A stretch of DNA of 64,000 bases from Chthonomonadales bacterium (GCA_020849275.1 JADLGO010000052.1:52039-116038); one strand, 5' to 3'. Numbered from the stretch's first letter, positions 29,915-40,347 are shown. The notes: generated by a model from the letters alone, not told the origin. Translations and numbers: made by a program.

Positions 29915-31668
29915 GGCCGCCTCGCGGCTGGGATGCCGGTCGCCTGGCGGCGACGGCGCTGGGCATGGCGGCCGCCGCGCTCGTCCTGTGGAATGTTGGC
30001 GCCGGGCGCGCTCCCGCGCTCGCCGCCGGGCCGGACGACGAGGCTGCGCCCGCCAGCGGGATCGTGCGCATCGATGTTGACGTGAGCGCCGACCGGCGCC
30101 GGATCGACCCGGCCATCTACGGCATGGCCTTCGCGTCGGAGAGCCACCTTCGGGACCTGCGGCTCGGGTCCAACCGGTGGGGCGGTAACCCGAACACGCG
30201 CTACAACTGGGAGGGCAACTTCTGGAACAAGGCGCGCGACTGGAAGTTCTGGAACTACGCCGACGACGCGCCCGGCGACCGCACGCCGGCCATCGTGGCC
30301 GACCGTTTCGTCGCCGCCAACCGCGCGGCCGGCGTGCCCGTGGTGTTCACCATCCCCACGATCGGCTGGGTCGCGCGAAACGGTGACAACAGCACCTACT
30401 CTGTCGACGTGCCGCCCCGAGGCGGGCTCCCGGTGCGGCCGGGGAGCGAGGCGATTCGTGGCTATGACCCGGCCGCGAACCGCAAGCGCACCAGCGTACG
30501 CTCCTTCGCGCGCAAACGCGGCGCCTACGCCTTCCCACCCGACCTGGGCGATGGGGTGGTCTACCAGGACGAGTTCGTACACCACCTGGTGCGCAAGTTC
30601 GGCCACGCCTCGGAGGGCGGGGTCCGCTACTACGCGATGGACAACGAGCCGGACCTGTGGGCGGCAACGCACACCGACGTACATCCCGTAGCGCCGGGCT
30701 ACGACGAGCTCTTGTCGCGCTTCCTTGACTATGGGACGGCGGTCAAAGCCGTCGACCCGTCGGCGAGCATCACCGGACCGGTATCGTGGGGGTGGACGGG
30801 CTATGTGCACTCGCCGCGCGACGCGGTGGCCGGGAACTGGGGCGGCCGGCCGGATCGACGGGCGCACGGCGACATGGAGTTCGTTCCGTGGTTTCTGAGC
30901 CAGGTCAGACGCCACGATGCGCGCGCGGGACGGCGAACGCTCGACGTGCTGGACGTGCACTTCTATCCGCAGGCAGCGGGCGTGTTCCAGGGCGAGACGG
31001 ACGCGCTCACCAACGCATTGCGGCTTCGCAGCACGCGGGCGCTCTGGGACCCCGCCTACCGCGACGAGTCCTGGATCGGCGAGGCCGTCCGGCTCGTGCC
31101 GCGCCTTCGCGAATGGGCGCGCCGCCACTACCCGGGCACGAAGGTCGCGATCACGGAGTGGAACTGGGGCGCCGACGGCACTGTGAACGGCGGCCTGGCG
31201 GTAGCGGAGTGCCTGGGCATCTTCGGGCGCGAGGGGCTGGACCTGGCCAACTACTGGACCGTGCCCGCGGCGGGCTCGCCGGGCTACAATGCGTTCAAGC
31301 TCTACCGCAACCCGGACGGCCGGGGCCGTGGCTTCGGGGACGTGTCGGTGCGCGCTCGCAGTCAGGCGCCATCGGCGATCTCGTGCTTCGCGAGCATCGA
31401 CACGCGGACGGGCGACCTCGTCACGATGCTTCTGAACAAGCTGCCGGACCGGTCCCTGCGCGCGAGTATGGCTCTGCGTGCACTCTCCTGGAGGCCAGCG
31501 GAGACGACGGTGTGGCAGCTTGACGGCGCCGGCGCGCTGCGCGAGGGCTACGCGCCCATCGAGTCCGGAGGGCGCTACGAGATCGGGCTGGCGCCCAGCA
31601 CGGCGACGCTCGTTCGCTACGAGCGGCCGGCAGCCGGAAGCGCCCCTGAGCGAGGTGAGAAGCGATGA
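29911..31668 (+). CDS. secreted clan GH-A glycoside hydrolase, GH44-like endo-beta-1,4-glucanase
   Basis: Signal anchor ([16 protein letters not shown]), then [16 protein letters not shown], which I recall as a GH44 signature. Also AMDNEPDLW (acid/base NEP) and ITEWNWG (nucleophile). The ATG overlaps the upstream stop (ATGA). Confidence 0.72.
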   Translation: MRPPRGWDAGRLAATALGMAAAALVLWNVGAGRAPALAAGPDDEAAPASGIVRIDVDVSADRRRIDPAIYGMAFASESHLRDLRLGSNRWGGNPNTRYNWEGNFWNKARDWKFWNYADDAPGDRTPAIVADRFVAANRAAGVPVVFTIPTIGWVARNGDNSTYSVDVPPRGGLPVRPGSEAIRGYDPAANRKRTSVRSFARKRGAYAFPPDLGDGVVYQDEFVHHLVRKFGHASEGGVRYYAMDNEPDLWAATHTDVHPVAPGYDELLSRFLDYGTAVKAVDPSASITGPVSWGWTGYVHSPRDAVAGNWGGRPDRRAHGDMEFVPWFLSQVRRHDARAGRRTLDVLDVHFYPQAAGVFQGETDALTNALRLRSTRALWDPAYRDESWIGEAVRLVPRLREWARRHYPGTKVAITEWNWGADGTVNGGLAVAECLGIFGREGLDLANYWTVPAAGSPGYNAFKLYRNPDGRGRGFGDVSVRARSQAPSAISCFASIDTRTGDLVTMLLNKLPDRSLRASMALRALSWRPAETTVWQLDGAGALREGYAPIESGGRYEIGLAPSTATLVRYERPAAGSAPERGEKR

Positions 31669-33233
31669 CGGAGGCCTACGTTCCGAGCGTCGGCGATCTG
31701 CTCGCCGAGCAGCGGACCCGGTCGCGCGCGCTGATGACCTACCTGGTCGTCACGGTCGTGCTCGTTTTCGGGACGATGGGCGCGCTCACGTACCTGGCGC
31801 CGGTGACGCCGAACTACTCGGTCGGGCTCGTTGGCTTCAGCGTGTTCATATGCCTCGCGATCCCCGTCGCCGTGTGGAACAACCCCCGGATCGGTCTCTA
31901 CCTGATGGTGGTCGGCTCGCTGTTGCTCGGCGGCGGGTCATACATGGTGCGCGACACGATCCCGACGACGTACGTGCCCTTCTGGTGGAACATCAGCACC
32001 ATCTCGATGTTCTATGCCCGCAAGGACGCGCTCAAGGCGCTGGTGTTCAGTCCGGCCGAGGTGCTCATGGTGATCACCTTCCTGGCCTGGCTGATCCGTG
32101 GGATCGTGGCGCGCGAGTTGCGCTTCGAGAAGGGCGCGTTCCTGGGCTGGATCCTCGCCTACATTGGCATGGTCACGTTCGGCTTCATCTTCGGCATCAC
32201 CAAGGGCGGCGACACCACCATGGCGCTCTACGAGGTTCGTTCGCAGGCCCACTTCCTGCTGGGCTACATCATGGCGACGAACCTGATCCGCGAGCGCAAG
32301 CACGCCGTGCCGCTCGTCTGGCTCCTGGTGCTGTCGGCGGGACTGCTGGCCGTGTTCGGCACGCGCGCCTACTTTGTGCTTGGCAGCAAGATCACCGAGC
32401 AGGGCATCATGGGCCACGACGACAGCCTCGTGCTTAACCTGCTCCTCTTCGCGTTCTTCATCGCCGCCATCACGCGCGTGAACCGCCGGCTGACGATCTG
32501 GACCGCGGTCCTGCTCCCGTTTGCCGTGACGGCCGTGATGGCCAACCAGCGGCGCGCGGGCATCGCGGCCTTCATCGTGGCGTTCGTGCCGCTGCTGCCC
32601 ATCCTGTGGACGATGTTTCCCGATCGCCGCACCACCGTGATTCGATTCGCCGTCGTGTTCGCGCTCATCAACGCGGTCTATATGCCCGTCGCGTGGAACG
32701 CCAGCGGGCCATGGGCTCTTCCGGCGCGTTCCATCCGCTCCAATAGCGACCCCAACGCGCGCGATGCCAGCTCAAACTACTACCGGCTGGCCGAGAACAT
32801 CAACCTGAAGATGACGCGCGACACGAGCCCCTGGTACGGCATCGGATACGGGCGGCCGTTCGCCCAGTACTACGCCCTCGCAATGGTAACCACCGACTTC
32901 GTTCACTACATGCCCCACAACAGCATCCTGTGGGTCTGGATGCGCCTCGGGCACATCGGCTTCTTCTTCTTCCTGATGATGCTCGCGACGGTGCTCATAC
33001 GTGGTATGCACCGGCTGCGCGAGACGCGGGATCCGATGCTGCGCGTCGTCGGCATCCTGGCGGTCGTTGATATGCTGATGCTGTTCACCTTTGGCAAGTA
33101 CGATCTTCAGTTCTGCAACAGCAAGCAGATGTTCGTGGCGGCGGTGATGATCGGGGTGCTCGGCATCCTGCCGAAGCTGGACGCGCAAGCCGAAGATAAG
33201 GATCAGGCTCGGACCGCCGAGACTGCGGCGTGA
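31665..33233 (+). CDS. O-antigen ligase / Wzy-type polymerase family membrane protein
   Basis: About 12 TM helices and the Wzy_C-like motif MPHNSILWVWMRLGHIGFFFFL. ATGA overlap with the GH44-like gene. Confidence 0.75.
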   Translation: MTEAYVPSVGDLLAEQRTRSRALMTYLVVTVVLVFGTMGALTYLAPVTPNYSVGLVGFSVFICLAIPVAVWNNPRIGLYLMVVGSLLLGGGSYMVRDTIPTTYVPFWWNISTISMFYARKDALKALVFSPAEVLMVITFLAWLIRGIVARELRFEKGAFLGWILAYIGMVTFGFIFGITKGGDTTMALYEVRSQAHFLLGYIMATNLIRERKHAVPLVWLLVLSAGLLAVFGTRAYFVLGSKITEQGIMGHDDSLVLNLLLFAFFIAAITRVNRRLTIWTAVLLPFAVTAVMANQRRAGIAAFIVAFVPLLPILWTMFPDRRTTVIRFAVVFALINAVYMPVAWNASGPWALPARSIRSNSDPNARDASSNYYRLAENINLKMTRDTSPWYGIGYGRPFAQYYALAMVTTDFVHYMPHNSILWVWMRLGHIGFFFFLMMLATVLIRGMHRLRETRDPMLRVVGILAVVDMLMLFTFGKYDLQFCNSKQMFVAAVMIGVLGILPKLDAQAEDKDQARTAETAA

Positions 33234-33252
33234 CCCCGCCCACGGAGCGACT

Positions 33253-34260
33253 GTGAGCGAACGCACGAAGATATCGGTCGTGGTGTGCACGCGCGATCGG
33301 CACGACACGGTCGGACAGGCACTCGAGAGCATCCTCGACTGCGCCTACTCCCCATTCGACCTGCATGTGATGGACCAGAGCGTGGCCGACGACACGCGGG
33401 GCATCGTGGAGAGCATGGCCGCAAGCCCCGTGGCCTCCGGCCGGCTCTTCTACCATCACCTGGACAGAGCCGGCCTCTCGCGCGCCTACAACGCCGGCTT
33501 TGCCGCGACGGGCGGGGCCATCGTCGCGATGACCGACGACGACGTAGTGGTCCCGGCAGACTGGCTCTCGCGCATCGCGGAGGCGTTCGCGGGCGACGCG
33601 GGCGCCGGCCTGCTCTACGGGCAGGTGCTCATTCCCGAGAGCCTGAACGACGCGCATACCCGCGGCCTGATCGTGCCAGCGCTCCCGATACCGCGCCGCG
33701 AGCGGCTGTGTCGCGGGCAGGGGTTCAGGGTGTTCGGCATGGGGGCCAACATGGCCCTGCGTCGGGCCCTGCTCGACGACGTGTGGGGTTTCGACGAGGC
33801 GCTCGGCGGCGGGGGGCCGCTGCGATCATCGCAGGACTTTGATCTGGCCTATCGCGCCTACCGTGCCGGCTGGGCCATTCTGCTGGCGCCGGAGGTGCGC
33901 GTGGACCACTACGGCACGCGCACGCTGGAGCAGTGGCCGGGCACCATGCGCAACTACGGGATCGGCGACGGGGCCTTCTACTCCAAGCACGTACGCTGCG
34001 GCGACGGCTTCGCGCTCTGGCTGCTGCTGCGGCAACTCGCGCGCGCGGCCGGGCGCGAGGCGCGGAGCCTGCTGCGCCGCGGGCGGCTCGAGCCTGATCT
34101 GTACGGGCGCAGCGTGCTGGTGGGCATCGGCGAGGCCCGCCGCTTCGCCATTGATCGTCGGTATAGGCTGTACCGGGAGACGGCGAGCGGTCGCATGGAG
34201 GTGACCCAGGCCAATGCAGTGACCGGCGCGCGGCGCGGGACGTCGGGCGGGGGCGGGTAG
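33253..34260 (+). CDS. family-2 glycosyltransferase
   Basis: ISVVVCTRDR, MDQSVADDT and MTDDDVVV (DxD) motifs. GTG start with GGAG upstream. Confidence 0.85.
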   Translation: MSERTKISVVVCTRDRHDTVGQALESILDCAYSPFDLHVMDQSVADDTRGIVESMAASPVASGRLFYHHLDRAGLSRAYNAGFAATGGAIVAMTDDDVVVPADWLSRIAEAFAGDAGAGLLYGQVLIPESLNDAHTRGLIVPALPIPRRERLCRGQGFRVFGMGANMALRRALLDDVWGFDEALGGGGPLRSSQDFDLAYRAYRAGWAILLAPEVRVDHYGTRTLEQWPGTMRNYGIGDGAFYSKHVRCGDGFALWLLLRQLARAAGREARSLLRRGRLEPDLYGRSVLVGIGEARRFAIDRRYRLYRETASGRMEVTQANAVTGARRGTSGGGG

Positions 34261-34264
34261 CGCG

Positions 34265-35236
34265 ATGCCGCACATGAGCGTGGTGGTGCCGACCTACAAC
34301 CGGCAGGCGAGCCTGATCCGCACGCTGGAGGCCCTGGCCCGCCAGTCGCTTCCGACGCACCGCTTCGAGGTGGTGGTGGTGTCCGACGGCGCGACGGACG
34401 GCACGGCCGCGGCCGTGCGCTCGTTCGCGCCGCCCTACCGCCTGCGGCTCCTCGATCAGGCCAACGCCGGGCCCTCCGCCGCGCGCAACAATGGCGCTCG
34501 GGCGGCGTGCGGCGAGGTGCTCGTCTACCTCGACGATGATGTGGAGCCCGGCTCCGGGTGTCTGGCGGAGCACGAGCGGGCGCACGGCGAGGACCCGATG
34601 CTCGTCCTGATCGGGCCGCAGTCCATGCCGAGCCGCGAGCGGTTCGCGGTGTGGGTGGCATGGGAGCACCGGATGCTTGAGCAGCAGTACGCGCGCTTCG
34701 CCTCCGGCGAATGGCAGGCCGGCCCGAACAACCTCTACAGTGGTAACTTCTCCGTGCGGCGCGACCACTTGCTGGAGGCCGGCGGGTTCGACGAGCGCTT
34801 CAAGCGGCAAGAGGACGTGGAGCTCGGCTACCGCCTGGCCCGGCTCGGCGTGCGCTTCCGATTCGAGCCGCGCGCGGCCGCGCTCCATCGCCCGGCGCGC
34901 ACCTACGAGTCCTGGTATGCCACGCCCTATCTCTACGGCGTGCGCGATGTTCAGATGGCGCGTGACAAGCACCAGGAATCGGTGATGGAGCTCGTGCGCA
35001 AGCACTACCGCGAGCGCAGCGCACTCACGAGAGCTTTCGCTCGGGCCGTGGTCGGCCGCCGTTGGGCCGAGGCGGCGACGCTCGCCCTGTTGAAGCCGGC
35101 TCCCATTGCCCTCGACCGCGCGGGCCTGCGCGCCCCCGCGCTCCAGGCGCTGAGCGTCCTCTTCAACCTGCGCTACCTGCAGGGCATGGCCGCCGAGATC
35201 GGCGGCGGAGCGAAGCTCTGGCGGGCGCTGCGATGA
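34265..35236 (+). CDS. family-2 glycosyltransferase
   Basis: MSVVVPTYNR, VVVSDGATDGT and YLDDDVEP motifs. Confidence 0.85.
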   Translation: MPHMSVVVPTYNRQASLIRTLEALARQSLPTHRFEVVVVSDGATDGTAAAVRSFAPPYRLRLLDQANAGPSAARNNGARAACGEVLVYLDDDVEPGSGCLAEHERAHGEDPMLVLIGPQSMPSRERFAVWVAWEHRMLEQQYARFASGEWQAGPNNLYSGNFSVRRDHLLEAGGFDERFKRQEDVELGYRLARLGVRFRFEPRAAALHRPARTYESWYATPYLYGVRDVQMARDKHQESVMELVRKHYRERSALTRAFARAVVGRRWAEAATLALLKPAPIALDRAGLRAPALQALSVLFNLRYLQGMAAEIGGGAKLWRALR

Positions 35237-36339
35237 AGGCCGCCTGTCGCGCCGGCTTCGTGATGGAGCAGACCCTCGGCCACGTGACTCACGACCGCAA
35301 CCTGCGCCAGCACGCCGCGTTGGACCCGCTCCTCGCCCCCGAGTGGTTACCCGTGGAGTACGGCGCGCGGGACGCCTGGCAGCGCGCCCCGGTTGTCCGC
35401 TCCAACTGGACCTTGCGCGCCAGCCTGCGGGCGCGCGACGCCCTGCGCGGGCTGTTTCGCGCAGGCCAGCCCGACGTGCTCTTCATGCACACGCAGGTGA
35501 CCGCCCTCCTGGCTCCGCCGTTCATGCGGCGCGTGCCCACGGTCGTCTCCCTCGATGCCACGCCGCTCAACGTCGACACGCTTGGCGCGGCCTACGACCA
35601 CCGCCCGAGCCGCGTGGTGCCCGTCGAGCGCTGGAAGAACCGCCTCACGCGTCGCACGTTCGGCGCGGCCGCGCACCTCGTCTCGTGGAGCCACTGGGCG
35701 AAACGTTCCCTCGTGGCCGACTACGCCATCCCCGAGGATCGCGTCACGGTCATACCGCCAGGCGTGGACATGGATCGCTGGCGCTGCGTACGAGAGGAAG
35801 CGGCCGGCGGTCGCCCCGTTCGACTGCTCTTCGTCGGCGGGAACTTTCGGCGCAAGGGGGGAGCCGTTTTACTCGACGCCTTCCGCGCACGGCTCGCTGC
35901 GCACTGCACGCTCGACATCGTGACGCGCGAGCCGGTAGACGCGGCCGGTGTGCCCGGGGTCTGCGTGCATCGCGGCCTGAGCTCGAACGACCCGGCGCTG
36001 CTGGCGCTCTACCGGCACGCGGACGCGTTTGTCTTTCCCACGCTCGGCGACTGCCTGCCCATCGCCGTGATGGAGGCGATGGCGGCGAGCCTGCCCGTCG
36101 TCGCCACGACGGTGGGTGCGCTCGAGGAGGCCGTAGTGGACGGGGAGACCGGGTTTCTGCTGCCGCCGGGCGACGGCCAGGGGCTGGCCGAGGCCGTCGA
36201 GCGTCTGGTAGCCAGCCCGCGCCTCCGGCTGACGATGGGCCAGGCGGGCCGGCTGCGGGCCGAGGGGCGATTCGACGCCGCGCGCAACTACGGCGCGCTC
36301 ATAGCGCTCTGCAAGGATGTCGCGCATGGACGCGCCTAG
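35233..36339 (+). CDS. family-4 (GT-B) glycosyltransferase
   Basis: LLFVGGNFRRKGG and FVFPTLGDCLPIAVMEAMAASLPVVAT...ETGFLLPPGD (ExxxxxxE motif). Start trimmed to the ATG at 35233, overlapping the upstream stop. Confidence 0.85.
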   Translation: MKAACRAGFVMEQTLGHVTHDRNLRQHAALDPLLAPEWLPVEYGARDAWQRAPVVRSNWTLRASLRARDALRGLFRAGQPDVLFMHTQVTALLAPPFMRRVPTVVSLDATPLNVDTLGAAYDHRPSRVVPVERWKNRLTRRTFGAAAHLVSWSHWAKRSLVADYAIPEDRVTVIPPGVDMDRWRCVREEAAGGRPVRLLFVGGNFRRKGGAVLLDAFRARLAAHCTLDIVTREPVDAAGVPGVCVHRGLSSNDPALLALYRHADAFVFPTLGDCLPIAVMEAMAASLPVVATTVGALEEAVVDGETGFLLPPGDGQGLAEAVERLVASPRLRLTMGQAGRLRAEGRFDAARNYGALIALCKDVAHGRA

Positions 36340-37435
36340 CCCCGCGGCGACGGCGCCCACGGCCGACCAGGGCGGTCGCTGCCCGCGCGTGTTGCTGCTT
36401 GTGCCGAGCGTTGCCAAGACGGGGATCGAGCAAGACGTGGCCGGCGATCGACATCCAACGATGGATTACCATGCGTTGGCCGCGGCGCTTGGCGGTGACA
36501 TCGCCGACTATCGGGCCGTACTGGACGACAGGAGTCCCGTCGTCGCGGCGGCGCGCCGCGCCAGTCTGGACCTGGGACTTGCCGCGCTGGCGTTCCGGGC
36601 CCGACGCCGGTACGACGTGATATACTCCAACGGCGAGAACGTCAGCATTCCGCTGGCGGCGCTCTTCCGAATGGGGGGGCGCAGACCGGGCCACATCTTG
36701 ATCGGCCACCGCCTATCGGCGCGCAAAAAAAGGGCGCTCCTGCGGGTGCTGCGCAGCCAGATGGATGCCGTGCTCGTCTACTCGGGGACGCAGTACCAGT
36801 ACGCCCTGAACGTCCTGGGCTTGCCACGCGCCAAGCTCCATCAGATCCCGTTCCATGCCGACCACCGGTTCTTTCGGCCGATCCCGGCGCACGTCGAGAA
36901 CATGATCTGCAGCGCCGGGCTGGAGTGGCGTGACTACCCGACGCTCATTGGGGCCGTGGCGGGCCTGGATGTGCGCGTGTGCCTCGCGGCGGCGAGCCCC
37001 TGGTCCCGGCATCGTGATGAGACGGGCAGGGTGTCTCTGCCGACGAACGTGGAGGTTCGGCGCTACGGGTACGCAGAGTTGCGCGACCTCTACGCGCGGG
37101 CGCGGCTCGTCGTGGTGCCGCTCCTCGAGACCGACTTTCAGGCGGGCATCACGACCCTTCTGGAGTCGATGGCGATGGGCAAGGCCGTGATCGTGACACG
37201 GATCACGGGGCAGCGCGACGTGGTCGTCGATGGGCAGAACGGGCTCTACGTGCCGCCGGGCGACGTGCCCGCGTTGCGGGGGGCCATCGAGCGTCTCCTG
37301 GCCGATCGCGGCGAGGCCGCGCGCCTCGGCGCCGCCGCCCGGAGCGCCGTGGAGCAACGCATGACGCTGGAGCACTGGGTGGAGCGCATCGCGAGCGTGG
37401 CGCGCGCGCTGGGCGCCGCCACACCGCACCGATAG
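36317..37435 (+). CDS. GT-B fold glycosyltransferase (GT4-like)
   Basis: VVPLLETDFQAGITTLLESMAMGKAVIVTR...QNGLYVPPGD. Overlaps the previous gene by 23 nt. Confidence 0.75.
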   Translation: MSRMDAPSPAATAPTADQGGRCPRVLLLVPSVAKTGIEQDVAGDRHPTMDYHALAAALGGDIADYRAVLDDRSPVVAAARRASLDLGLAALAFRARRRYDVIYSNGENVSIPLAALFRMGGRRPGHILIGHRLSARKKRALLRVLRSQMDAVLVYSGTQYQYALNVLGLPRAKLHQIPFHADHRFFRPIPAHVENMICSAGLEWRDYPTLIGAVAGLDVRVCLAAASPWSRHRDETGRVSLPTNVEVRRYGYAELRDLYARARLVVVPLLETDFQAGITTLLESMAMGKAVIVTRITGQRDVVVDGQNGLYVPPGDVPALRGAIERLLADRGEAARLGAAARSAVEQRMTLEHWVERIASVARALGAATPHR

Positions 37436-37480
37436 GGGAGCGCGGCCCGCGCCGGCGCGGGTCGACACGCGGAAGGAGAC

Positions 37481-38407
37481 ATGACGATGCGATGGGCCCG
37501 GTTGGGTCTGTACGGCCTTCTGGTCATCTCGCTGGCAATGAACTTCATCCTATGGACCCGCACGTCCGGTCGGCGCCAGACCCTGCGCGTCAACGACCAG
37601 ACCATCACGAAACGCGACTGGGACTTCTTCCTTGAGACGCGCTATGGCGATGAGGCCCTGGCCGCGATGGCCCGGCAGGCCGTGGTGCGCCAGGCCGCTG
37701 ACGAGGCGGGCGTGAAGATCGACGAGAAGGAGATCGACGAGGCGCTCCAGGAGGTCCGCGACCGGCTGCCCGAGCAGGGCCTGATCCTGGAGCGCCTGCC
37801 CACAAAGCGCGAGGACATGCGCCGCGAGCTTGAGTACAAGCTGGCGATGGCCGGCCTGCGCGCCAGGGATGTCAAGGTCACCGACGACGAGGTGAAGGAC
37901 TACTTCGACGCCAACGCGGGACGCTGGGACAAGCCAGACCGGATCGAGGTCAAGGCGATCCGCGTGGCGAACGCGGCGCTCGTGCAGCGGGCCGTCGCCC
38001 TGCTCAAGAACGTAGACGACATGCAGGTGCTGCAGCAGCAACTCGACCCCAAGGGCACTCAGGCGCGCATCGTTGGGGCGCGCGGCATCTGGGTGGTCGT
38101 CCGCCCGTTCGGGCAACCGGCCGCCGATCCGGTCGTGAAGGCGTTCGCGGGGATGAAGGAGGGCGAGGTACAGGTGGTGCGGGCGGGGAAGGCCGTGCTC
38201 GTCGTCAAGCGCGGCAAGCTGACGCCTGGCAAGAAGGTGGAGCTGGCCGAGGTCAAGGACAAGGTGGAGCGCGACCTGAAGCTCTCGCGGGCGCTCCCCG
38301 AAACGGAGGTGCTCCGCAAGCTCTGGGACTCCGCGCAGATGACGGCCGAGGACCCTGCAAAGCTGCGCGTCCTCAAGTGGACCATATTCCGCGATCCCGG
38401 CGTCTAG
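37481..38407 (+). CDS. membrane-anchored SurA/PrsA-like peptidyl-prolyl isomerase or chaperone (EpsD-like)
   Basis: N-terminal TM (LGLYGLLVISLAMNFILW), a SurA-N-like helical region and a degenerate parvulin-like segment. GGAAGGAG RBS. Sits directly upstream of the exosortase gene, as EpsD does in PEP-CTERM loci. Confidence 0.65.
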   Translation: MTMRWARLGLYGLLVISLAMNFILWTRTSGRRQTLRVNDQTITKRDWDFFLETRYGDEALAAMARQAVVRQAADEAGVKIDEKEIDEALQEVRDRLPEQGLILERLPTKREDMRRELEYKLAMAGLRARDVKVTDDEVKDYFDANAGRWDKPDRIEVKAIRVANAALVQRAVALLKNVDDMQVLQQQLDPKGTQARIVGARGIWVVVRPFGQPAADPVVKAFAGMKEGEVQVVRAGKAVLVVKRGKLTPGKKVELAEVKDKVERDLKLSRALPETEVLRKLWDSAQMTAEDPAKLRVLKWTIFRDPGV

Positions 38408-38483
38408 CTGGACACGGTCGCTGCCCGGGCCGCTGTCGCGCGCCAGGGCAGGGCCGCTCGTGCACGGTCAAAGCAGGAGAACC

Positions 38484-40130
38484 ATGGATATCACGCAGGA
38501 TGGCTCGCGAGCTCAGGAGCGCTCCGGCGCCACCGCAACGTGGGTGCTGCTGGCGGTGGCGGCCGGTCTGACCATCTACCTGTACCTTCGCGCCATCAAC
38601 TGGTGGTACTTCGAGTGGACGGTGAACGGCAGCTACTATGCCCACGGCGTGTTCATCCCGTTCTTCGTCGCCGCGATGATCTGGCGCGATCGGGAGCGCC
38701 TGCGACGTCTCCCGGTACAGGTCTCATGGTGGGGCGCGGTGCCGCTCGCGCTGGCGGTGGCGCTCGTGATGTACGCCTACCGCGCCGACGTCACCGTGAC
38801 GCTGTCGGTCTCCTTTATGCTCTTCCTGATCGGCGCCACGCTGCTGCTCGCCGGCAAGCGCATCACGCGAGCCCTCCTGTTCCCGATCCTGTTCCTGCTG
38901 ACGATGATCCCGATCGTGCCGAACCAGGTTATCAGCCAGCTCGCCTTCCCGATCCAGCTTGTCTCGGCCAAGCTGGCGGCGTCGTTGCTGAACCTGATGA
39001 CCTTCCATGCCACGCGAATCGGCACCGAGATCCGGATGGACAACTACACGCTGAACGTGGAGGTCCCTTGCAGCGGGTTCAAGACACTGATCGGCCTCCT
39101 CTCGTTCGCCGGAGCGTTCGCCTACCTCACGGAGGCCGCCCCGTGGAAACGGTGGGTCCTCTTCCTGATGGCGGCGCCCCTCTCCATCCTGGTGAACGGC
39201 GTGCGCATCGCGCTGATCGGCCTGGCGGGGGAGCTCTACGGGGCGCCGGCCGCCCAGACGTTCCACGACTGGAGCGGCTTCATCGTGCTGATCATCGGCT
39301 TCATGGTCCTGTTCAGCACGGCGCGACTGCTCAAGTGCGACAACTTCTACGGCATCCCGCTTCAGGATCCGCCGCCGTCGTCGGATGGCGCTCGGCCCGA
39401 GCCCCCGCCGAAGCCGACCGCCGCCGAGCTCGACGCGCGCTATGGGCCGGCGCAGCCAAACGCGATGCGCCGGCTCGCCGTGGGCGCCTACCCGGTGGTG
39501 GCCGTTCTGGCCATCGCGGGCGTCGCGCGCGGCTACGTGCAGCCCCCGAAGGCCGACCCATCTCTCATCCTCAGACCGGCGGAGATACCGGTGCGGATGG
39601 GTGGCTGGCAGCGGCTCGGCGAGGACACGCCGATCACTGAGCAGGTGAAGTCGGTCCTGGAGCCCGACACCTATCTGGACCGAAACTACGTGTCCGACCG
39701 GCTCGGTGGGCGCGTCGTGAACCTGTTCATGACGGGCGGCAACAGCCGTCGCACGTTCCATGACCCGCACGATTGCTTCATGGGCAGCGGCTACGACCTT
39801 GCCGACCGCGGCCTCAAGCGCATCGACACGCCGGCCGGTCCGGTCTACCTCCAGGAGTCGGTGGCCACCAACCCCGTCGACCACGTCCAGCAGCTGATCA
39901 TGTTCGCCTACATCGTCGACGGGCGCATGATGCAGTCGATGGCGGCAGTGCACGGCGCGATACTGCGCCAGACGCTGCTCGGCTCGTCGTCGGGGCGTCC
40001 GTTCTACTTCGTGCGCTTCCGGCACCTGGGCAGCGGCGCCGGCGACGACCGCCGTAAGGAACTGGTCGATTTCGTCCGGAGCGCCTGGCCGACGCTGGCC
40101 CCGCGGGTTCTGGCTGTCCCTGTGAAGTAG
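38484..40130 (+). CDS. exosortase (EpsH/Xrt family) fused to a C-terminal EpsI-family domain
   Basis: Polytopic N-terminal half carries the exosortase catalytic-type motifs LNVEVPCSGFKTL (Cys), ILVNGVRIALIG (Arg) and FHDWSGF (His). After one more TM, a ~200-aa soluble EpsI-like domain follows. AGGAG RBS before the ATG at 38484. Confidence 0.85.
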   Translation: MDITQDGSRAQERSGATATWVLLAVAAGLTIYLYLRAINWWYFEWTVNGSYYAHGVFIPFFVAAMIWRDRERLRRLPVQVSWWGAVPLALAVALVMYAYRADVTVTLSVSFMLFLIGATLLLAGKRITRALLFPILFLLTMIPIVPNQVISQLAFPIQLVSAKLAASLLNLMTFHATRIGTEIRMDNYTLNVEVPCSGFKTLIGLLSFAGAFAYLTEAAPWKRWVLFLMAAPLSILVNGVRIALIGLAGELYGAPAAQTFHDWSGFIVLIIGFMVLFSTARLLKCDNFYGIPLQDPPPSSDGARPEPPPKPTAAELDARYGPAQPNAMRRLAVGAYPVVAVLAIAGVARGYVQPPKADPSLILRPAEIPVRMGGWQRLGEDTPITEQVKSVLEPDTYLDRNYVSDRLGGRVVNLFMTGGNSRRTFHDPHDCFMGSGYDLADRGLKRIDTPAGPVYLQESVATNPVDHVQQLIMFAYIVDGRMMQSMAAVHGAILRQTLLGSSSGRPFYFVRFRHLGSGAGDDRRKELVDFVRSAWPTLAPRVLAVPVK

Positions 40131-40159
40131 CCCGCGACCTCGGACTCGGCAGCTGGCAG

Positions 40160-40190
40160 GGCCCCGGCGATGCGCGACATCGTCGGGGCC
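40160..40190 (+). terminator. GC-rich hairpin after the exosortase gene (13-bp stem, 5-nt loop, no U-tract)
   Basis: GGCCCCGGCGATG-cgcga-CATCGTCGGGGCC with one G-U pair. Lies 30 nt after the stop codon. Confidence 0.35.
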
Positions 40191-40347
40191 CGCGTCGTTC
40201 GTCGGTCGGCCGGCGGCGCGGCCGGCGGGCTCTCGGGGCGCTGGGCAGAGGCACGGGCCAGGGTGGCGCTGGTCGGGGTCGGCGGCCTGGCCGAGTGGCA
40301 TCTGGCGGCTGTGGTTCGGACCGGCGCGGAGGGCACGCCACGCGACA

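Noticed and set aside
27517-31128. Minus-strand ORFs 27517..28821, 27665..29251 and 29683..31128, and plus-strand 26917..28032
   Set aside because: They overlap the GT2, GT26-STAS, acetyltransferase and GH44-like genes in wrong frames or strands. Extreme Arg/Pro/Ala content.
33725-35005. 426-aa minus-strand ORF and neighbouring 33978..34661
   Set aside because: Antisense to two GT2 genes that have clear DxD and nucleotide-binding motifs.
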